Virus record (IMG/VR): IMGVR_UViG_2568526312_000023
Source of the DNA: a virus
Taxonomy: Duplodnaviria; Heunggongvirae; Uroviricota; Caudoviricetes
Length of the DNA stretch: 12,038 nucleotides
Strand: one strand, 5' to 3'
The notes under the pieces are model-generated. The model ran no database searches, was not told the origin of the DNA, and saw only the letters and a program-made list of their open reading frames with translations. A program made the translations under genes and the position numbers. Below, piece after piece: positions 7,346 through 12,038 of the stretch (the stretch's first letter is position 1; every line of letters begins with the position of its first letter).

Positions 7346-7651
7346 TCAGTGAAGCGATCCGGCGTTATTCTTTTTCATCTCTTCCATCATTTTTTCAGTG
7401 AGCATTACGCACTGAAAACCCATGTTTTTGATGTCTACGGGTTTCATGCCTTTGTCAGTGGATATCACAGGCAGAATATCCTGATACACATCGCGGTCAG
7501 GGTAACTAAGCACACAAAGCGCCCATGATGCCACGGGTGAGGATCCTTCGTCTGTTTCAACCCACCAGCCTGGTGTAGCTGCGCTTATTTGCTGAATCGT
7601 GATCCGTCCGTTGTGCTTGTAAAGTTTTTCACCAAATTTTGGTTCGCTCAT
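7346..7651 (-). CDS. Hypothetical protein (101 aa)
   Basis: ORF with ATG at 7649-7651 forming an ATGA overlap with the upstream gene stop, in operon context. No motif recognised. Confidence 0.5.
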   Translation of the reverse strand: MSEPKFGEKLYKHNGRITIQQISAATPGWWVETDEGSSPVASWALCVLSYPDRDVYQDILPVISTDKGMKPVDIKNMGFQCVMLTEKMMEEMKKNNAGSLH

Positions 7652-7899
7652 GATTTCAACTCTCCGGTTTTAACGTTGATGGTTGTTACCTGTTCCGCTT
7701 CGGCAATCTCCCGTTCTGTCAACGTGGCAAAGTTTGCCGCTGCTGTGGTCATGAATGCGCTTATCAGGTCGGGATGTTCCTTCGCGTATCCTTCCCCTAC
7801 GTGTCGGTCTATCGTTCTGATTGCCACCTTTAAGGCCAGCTCTGTTATATCTAACGCTTTATATTTCGGCTCTGTTCTGTCTCTGCGTGTTCTGGTCAT
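7648..7899 (-). CDS. Hypothetical protein (83 aa)
   Basis: Preferred ATG at 7897-7899 with a strong GAGGTG SD 6 nt upstream. The track ORF extends to 7932 into the AT-rich/iteron region. No motif recognised. Confidence 0.55.
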   Translation of the reverse strand: MTRTRRDRTEPKYKALDITELALKVAIRTIDRHVGEGYAKEHPDLISAFMTTAAANFATLTEREIAEAEQVTTINVKTGELKS

Positions 7900-7932
7900 T
7901 TGCCACCTCAATTTATATATATATAGAAACAT

Positions 7933-8250
7933 GTGCGGGTTATGCGGGTTATTGGGTTATCTTAGCGTGCTAACCATTTTTTACCCTTTTATATCAGCAT
8001 GTTGCAAAACACCCTGTTTATTATTTGCTCACCACGTAACCCGCAAAACGCTCAAAATAACCCGCAAACGGGGTTTTTTCTGCGGGTTACGCATGACTGT
8101 CCGGTGTTACTTCAGTTATTCGCCTGCGGGTTATAATCGTGCTTTTGCGGGTTATAAATGCCCTTTTGCGGGTTACGTGCGGGTTATTGATTTCCTTTAT
8201 ATTCATGCACTTAATACACTTATACACAGGATAACCCGCATAACCCGCAA
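7933..8250. repeat. Iteron array, putative replication origin
   Basis: At least 11 copies of the 9-10 bp unit TGCGGGTTA(T/C) in both orientations. Forward copies at 7934, 7943, 8081, 8125, 8146, 8167, 8178; reverse copies (ATAACCCGCA) at 8037, 8057, 8231, 8241. Some pairs are spaced about 10 or 20-21 bp. They flank AT-rich tracts (7960-8030, 8190-8230) immediately downstream of the primase gene. Confidence 0.7.
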
Positions 8251-8271
8251 TTTTTTTCCTCACACAGGGGA

Positions 8272-10404
8272 TTAATCTTCATCATCAGGCTGGAACATCA
8301 GCACGTAAAAAACATGCTGCTTACCCCCAATCTTGCCCAGCGCCTTTTTTTTGTATCGGCGATCGCTTCCCTTCTCCAGCATTCCGGCAGCATCCAGGGC
8401 ACGCGCAAAATGCGCCGGATTAAATCCCTTCGCTATCTCACTCTCAAACACGTGCGGGAACGTGTAATAGCGCATCTCGTCATCTTCGTTGCGAATGCTC
8501 CCTTTTCTGTATCCGGCAAGCTCTTTAATCGGTAAATCACGCTCATCTGTATTGGGGTACGGAAGGTAGCGGCTAAACCCAAACGACGACAAAAACGCCT
8601 CAGCCTGTTCAACCATCTGTTTAAATTCCCTGTTACCCGTGCCGAACTCCTTCACCCAGGCATTAAAGTTATGCTGTATCGCGTCGCGGCATTCCTGCAC
8701 GACCCAGCCAGTTACATGACCGGAAAGCACAAGCGCGGCCTCCAGTATGGCGAAACGTTCACCCACGCGGTGGACCTGCTCGCCGTAACTCTCCGGTATC
8801 AGGTTGCGCCACCGTTCGCGGCATTCCCTTACCGTGTCCTTTGCCTCCTGCTGGTGGCCTGCCAGCCATTTAACCCACTCACGACCCGCCGCCCCGTGAT
8901 TTGCTGTCCAGGCATCCTTTAACGCGTCAGCATGTTCCTTACCGTTGCTGTATTCGTGAAATTTCGTGGCTTTTTCCATCGGAACGTTAAGCAGTCGGAC
9001 AAGCTGCCCCGCCTTAACTTTTATCCCCTCACTTTTGAGGAATGTCTCAACGTCCATTTCTCCGGTGCTGATTGCCACCGTTCGCCAGTGTTTGATCTCC
9101 CTGTTGCCGCCATCCTTCGCCCCCTGCAATTTCCCTGAACCGTTAAACAGCGTATAAGCAGACGTTGACACTTCCCGCGCATTTCCGGCCTGGCCTATCT
9201 CATCCAGTGGTAAAAGCCCGTCATTATGGGCCTCGGCCTCATTGGCAATACCTAACGCCGTGCCGTACCAGGTCAGCCGCTGCGCGTCCGGCTCTCCCCA
9301 TAAACTTGATGCGATGTTCTGCGTGGTGGTCTTACCTGCCGATGACTGTTCGAAAAGATGCACCCCGAAGCCGTCAGCACCCACAAGGCCAATTAAAGGC
9401 GCTGCCAGTGACGTTGCCACACCCAGTATCATTGAGGCATTACCGCCAGCCAGCCGCGCCACGCTGTCGCGCCAGCCATCCGCCGTGCCCGCCACGGAAT
9501 AACCGTTAATCGCGGCGCTTTTTCCGGTAAACAGGATCGGTTTTTCAGATTCACCAATGATCGAACCGTCCGGCATGATGTACGCGCCAAAATGCCAGCC
9601 CGTTGTTGTGCTTAACTGCCATTCCTCATGGCTTCCGCTTAACTGCATCCAGTCCGCCAGGATTGCCCTGTATTTGCCGTTGGTTGTCACGTTCAGCCCG
9701 TGATCTTTAAGTAACCGCCAGCCGTCACGGTCGCCGATACCACCACACGGGATCGCCATTGTGATGACTTCATGGTTTGCGGTTTTTTTCCAGCGCATCA
9801 CGCGGTAATGCTCTTTACCGATCGTCCCCGTTCCCAGTAGTTCAAGCGGAGAACATAACCACGTCTCAGGCCGGATAATTTCGCCTGACTGCTTATCCAC
9901 TTTGGGCGTTACCCAGAAAACACCATCGGCGCGACTTTCAACGCGTGGCTTTAATTCGTCATCGCTATGGCTTCCGGTATCTTTTTTCTTTACCGGAAAC
10001 TCAATAACCAGACCATCAGAAAGATTCTGCCGCTCACGGGCCAGATATTCGCGCCAGTTCTCCACCTTCTGACCGTGCATACCCTCAGGATAAAAATTTG
10101 CATCCTGTACACCAGCCGCCGCCAGCTTTTGACCAATCGCCTTGATCATTACTGGTGCAAGATGTCCGGCCCTGAATATGCGCACGGATTTTCTGCCTTC
10201 CGGCACAATTTGCAGCTTATCCAGTTCTGATAACTGCTGCTCCCCAAGCCACACAGGAGGCACATTATCGCCGGATGCGGGGCCGTCCTGCTCCTGCCAC
10301 TGTTTTGCATGTGCCCACGCATCACTACCCGCGAAAATAATCACCTCTGTGTCTTTGTGTTTTATTCCGCGTGGCTGTTTTTTTACGTTCGGTGCCAGTT
10401 TCAT
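8272..10404 (-). CDS. Primase/helicase-type replication initiator (satellite/P4-like pri-rep)
   Basis: 710 aa. Central P-loop-like motif GVHLFEQSSAGKTTTQ. Large size and position directly upstream of the iteron origin. ATG at 10402-10404 with ATGA overlap to the upstream ORF. Confidence 0.75.
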   Translation of the reverse strand: MKLAPNVKKQPRGIKHKDTEVIIFAGSDAWAHAKQWQEQDGPASGDNVPPVWLGEQQLSELDKLQIVPEGRKSVRIFRAGHLAPVMIKAIGQKLAAAGVQDANFYPEGMHGQKVENWREYLARERQNLSDGLVIEFPVKKKDTGSHSDDELKPRVESRADGVFWVTPKVDKQSGEIIRPETWLCSPLELLGTGTIGKEHYRVMRWKKTANHEVITMAIPCGGIGDRDGWRLLKDHGLNVTTNGKYRAILADWMQLSGSHEEWQLSTTTGWHFGAYIMPDGSIIGESEKPILFTGKSAAINGYSVAGTADGWRDSVARLAGGNASMILGVATSLAAPLIGLVGADGFGVHLFEQSSAGKTTTQNIASSLWGEPDAQRLTWYGTALGIANEAEAHNDGLLPLDEIGQAGNAREVSTSAYTLFNGSGKLQGAKDGGNREIKHWRTVAISTGEMDVETFLKSEGIKVKAGQLVRLLNVPMEKATKFHEYSNGKEHADALKDAWTANHGAAGREWVKWLAGHQQEAKDTVRECRERWRNLIPESYGEQVHRVGERFAILEAALVLSGHVTGWVVQECRDAIQHNFNAWVKEFGTGNREFKQMVEQAEAFLSSFGFSRYLPYPNTDERDLPIKELAGYRKGSIRNEDDEMRYYTFPHVFESEIAKGFNPAHFARALDAAGMLEKGSDRRYKKKALGKIGGKQHVFYVLMFQPDDED

Positions 10405-10700
10405 TTTTTACCCCTGAATACGTTAAGCATCTTTTTTATTTCCTGAATATTGGCGCGTGCTTTCTCCCTGCTGGTTGGTTTACTGCGGGGCGCTGCCTGT
10501 ACCAGAGAAAAATCACGCCGGAACTGATAAACAGGCATCACGCAATCATATTCGTAGCCTTCACGATGGTAGGTTACGCGCCGTTCCTCCACGCCCTTAA
10601 TCATTACCGTGCCGCCGTACTTATCGCGGTAAATATCCCCGCACATGAATTTAGTGCGAGTTTTGCCGCTGGCAGTTAAGCCAGAATATTTAAGTTTCAT
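10401..10700 (-). CDS. Hypothetical protein (99 aa), translationally coupled to the primase gene
   Basis: ATG at 10698-10700 with GGAG upstream. Stop overlaps the primase ATG (ATGA). Basic C-terminus. No motif recognised. Confidence 0.55.
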   Translation of the reverse strand: MKLKYSGLTASGKTRTKFMCGDIYRDKYGGTVMIKGVEERRVTYHREGYEYDCVMPVYQFRRDFSLVQAAPRSKPTSREKARANIQEIKKMLNVFRGKK

Positions 10701-10705
10701 TATTT

Positions 10706-10966
10706 TTATTCTCCGATAGCGTGACCTGATAAGCCGTTAATCTTCTCTGATGTGCTCTCTATTTTGCTGGTTGAACTATCCAGTAATTCAGAAACGGCTA
10801 ATATTAATCTTGCGGTTGATTCATCGCGTTCATTATTCGCCAGCGACTGAAGCCACATGTTCATTACTTCGTTCGCTGCGTTGTTTAAAGATATTGCGCT
10901 GTTGGCAAGGCTTCTTAATTCACTGGTCGCCAGTTTGTTATTGTTCATAGCGTTTAAATCTCTCAT
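10706..10966 (-). CDS. Hypothetical Asn/Ser-rich small protein
   Basis: ORF in a visibly AT-rich patch. Starts at ATG 10964-10966 or ATG 10946-10948 (the latter overlaps the upstream stop). Composition is atypical for the rest of the element. Confidence 0.4.
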   Translation of the reverse strand: MRDLNAMNNNKLATSELRSLANSAISLNNAANEVMNMWLQSLANNERDESTARLILAVSELLDSSTSKIESTSEKINGLSGHAIGE

Positions 10967-11129
10967 CAATTAACCACAGCGCAACACTTCCAGAAAGTTT
11001 TGCCAGAAGGCCAGCTAATGCGGATATATCACCATCATTTAATTTATCAGGGTATACCTCAAGAAGGCGGCAAATAATTTCTGTCTGGTGCGCACGTTCA
11101 GCGGCTTCGTGTAATGTAATTTCCTTCAT
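10938..11129 (-). CDS. Hypothetical protein (63 aa)
   Basis: ATG at 11127-11129 overlapping the upstream stop by 1 nt (TAATG), indicating translational coupling. No motif recognised. Confidence 0.45.
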   Translation of the reverse strand: MKEITLHEAAERAHQTEIICRLLEVYPDKLNDGDISALAGLLAKLSGSVALWLIDERFKRYEQ

Positions 11130-11314
11130 TAATGCACCTCTTTTAATTCATACACTGCTGAAATAATGACTTGTGATAAGCCATATTCTGATGATTCGCT
11201 TCTCACCGCAGCAATAGCCGTCTGAACATTAACAGCCTTCACATTCTGAGCGATACCAATTGTGTGGCCTAGTGGGTTAACAGCGCTGGCAAATACACGG
11301 AAGGTTTTAAGCAT
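11129..11314 (-). CDS. Hypothetical protein (61 aa)
   Basis: ATG at 11312-11314 embedded in the upstream gene's 3' end (ATGCTTAA overlap). No motif recognised. Confidence 0.45.
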   Translation of the reverse strand: MLKTFRVFASAVNPLGHTIGIAQNVKAVNVQTAIAAVRSESSEYGLSQVIISAVYELKEVH

Positions 11315-11507
11315 GGCACACCCCCTGACGAATACGAGCGGCGAATACCATCACGCAGCCAGCCGGAGATTGCTGGCGCGCTTCCTGTTCGCTGGTGGCC
11401 TCGATGGTAATCACGCGCGGCTGTGCCGTGCTCAGGGCGATAAAACGCCAGATGTATTTATTCAGGTTGTGCGAGTCCCGCCCTTGCGGGTGTGTGGTAT
11501 GATTTCT
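11307..11507 (-). CDS. Icd-like protein (P4 Icd-type cell-division-inhibitor family)
   Basis: 66 aa from ATG at 11505-11507 (GAGGT SD). YIWRFIALSTAQPRVITIEATSEQEARQQSPAGCVMVFAARI matches the Icd-like pattern (FIW.F.A...P....I.A.SE.EAR.....FAARxP) as I recall it. First gene after the operator-bearing promoter. Confidence 0.55.
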   Translation of the reverse strand, partial: RNHTTHPQGRDSHNLNKYIWRFIALSTAQPRVITIEATSEQEARQQSPAGCVMVFAARIRQGVCHA

Positions 11508-11607
11508 CATAGCTACCTCGATACTTTCGCTATCGTTGGTTGTTAGACGCCCTGCATGTGTTGCGAGCACTGTAGGGCGTTGCTTAATTTGAGTGACAAA
11601 ACTCAAA

Positions 11608-11690
11608 CTGTGCGCACAGATTAAAATCATGTGTGCGCACATGTCAATACTTAACATCTCATTTTTTTTGCTGTATTGTGTGCGCCCATA
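11608..11690. promoter_or_regulatory. Divergent promoter region with three TGTGCGCACA-type operator palindromes
   Basis: Perfect 10-bp palindrome TGTGCGCACA at 11609-11618 and 11632-11641, and a degenerate copy TGTGCGCCCA at 11679-11688. Minus-strand promoter candidate: -35 TTGACA (11642-11647), 16-nt spacer containing the second palindrome, -10 TTTAAT (11620-11625) adjoining the first. The third copy lies 28 nt upstream of the ribbon-helix-helix gene start. Confidence 0.55.
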
Positions 11691-11715
11691 AAGTCCATTT
11701 AAGTGAGGTGCATCA

Positions 11716-11913
11716 ATGTCTAGCGGTAACACAAACAACAAATCAGCAAAGAAAAATATTCGATTCCCACATGAGCTTATAGATGGGATTGATGCCAGCG
11801 TTGAACAAGAAAAATTAACTAATCCTAGTGCTAATTTTTCCGCATGGGTCTTAGATGCCTGTGGACGCAAATTAAAATATGAACAGCGCCGCAAGGCCAA
11901 AGAGCAGGAATAG
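11716..11913 (+). CDS. Arc/Mnt-like ribbon-helix-helix DNA-binding protein (putative repressor)
   Basis: 65 aa. Strong SD GAGGTG 5 nt upstream of the ATG. KNIRFPHELIDGIDASVEQEKL...NFSAWVLDA fits the Arc motif N-[LI]-R-[WF]-P-x-E-[LV]. Divergent from the early operon. Confidence 0.7.
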   Translation: MSSGNTNNKSAKKNIRFPHELIDGIDASVEQEKLTNPSANFSAWVLDACGRKLKYEQRRKAKEQE

Positions 11914-12001
11914 TCCACCAGCAAGCCAGCACACTGAGCACATTGCCCACCAGACAGCAAATCGCTATGATGTTCTGGCTTATGTTTAGTGTTTTCCCAT
12001 T

Positions 12002-12030
12002 GGCGACCGCCACAGGTCGCCTTTGTTTTA
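12002..12030 (+). terminator. Putative rho-independent terminator downstream of the ribbon-helix-helix gene
   Basis: GGCGACC-GCCACA-GGTCGCC hairpin (7-bp stem) followed by TTTGTTTTA on the plus strand. Confidence 0.45.
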
Positions 12031-12038
12031 TGTGTCAT

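Noticed and set aside
7933-8250. Possible CRISPR array
   Set aside because: Repeat units are only 9-10 bp, occur in both orientations and have irregular spacing with no unique spacers of uniform length. The pattern fits origin iterons.
7589-8275. 228-aa plus-strand ORF spanning the iteron region
   Set aside because: It is translated straight through the TGCGGGTTAT repeats and AT-rich tracts. The repetitive peptide reflects the iterons, not a gene.
8314-10417. Multiple plus-strand ORFs of 63-114 aa inside the primase gene
   Set aside because: Antisense to the 710-aa initiator frame, with Pro/Arg-rich low-complexity translations.
11307-12038. 243-aa minus-strand ORF running from the window edge through the ribbon-helix-helix gene (antisense) and the operator/promoter region
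   Set aside because: Low-complexity Cys/His/Ser-rich translation that crosses a terminator hairpin and a promoter. Only the 3'-terminal 66 codons (11307-11507) have an RBS and a recognisable Icd-like motif.
11967-12038. Short hydrophobic plus-strand frame (MMFWLMFSVFPLATATGRLCFMCH...) running off the window
   Set aside because: No RBS, and it reads through the terminator hairpin of the ribbon-helix-helix gene. It cannot be assessed without downstream sequence.

Overview
The window looks like a compact phage-satellite-type mobile element of enterobacterial composition, with almost every gene on the minus strand. Read in the direction of transcription (high to low coordinates) it contains: (1) a regulatory switch at 11508-11715, with three TGTGCGCACA palindromes between a divergent Arc-like ribbon-helix-helix gene (plus strand) and an early operon; (2) the early operon: Icd-like protein, four small unknown ORFs partly in a low-GC patch, and a 710-aa primase/helicase-type initiator; (3) an iteron replication origin at 7933-8250; (4) two unknown small proteins, an SSB-like protein and a PerC-like putative activator; (5) a structured leader, then a head and packaging operon in the order major capsid, prohead protease, portal, head closure, gp6-like connector, HNH endonuclease, TerS (P27 family), TerL. 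No tail, lysis or integrase genes are visible; head completion genes run directly into HNH-terS-terL. This is the architecture expected of a capsid-forming, tail-stealing satellite (cf-PICI-like), though a further gene starts just after terL and leaves the window, so tail genes off-window cannot be excluded. All protein assignments rest on motifs I recognise by eye in the supplied translations; no database or HMM search was run. The most interesting points are the terminator-like hairpin sitting directly on the capsid gene's ribosome-binding site, the promoter-embedded operator palindromes, the iteron origin, a candidate cos region upstream of terS, and the low-GC small-ORF cluster.
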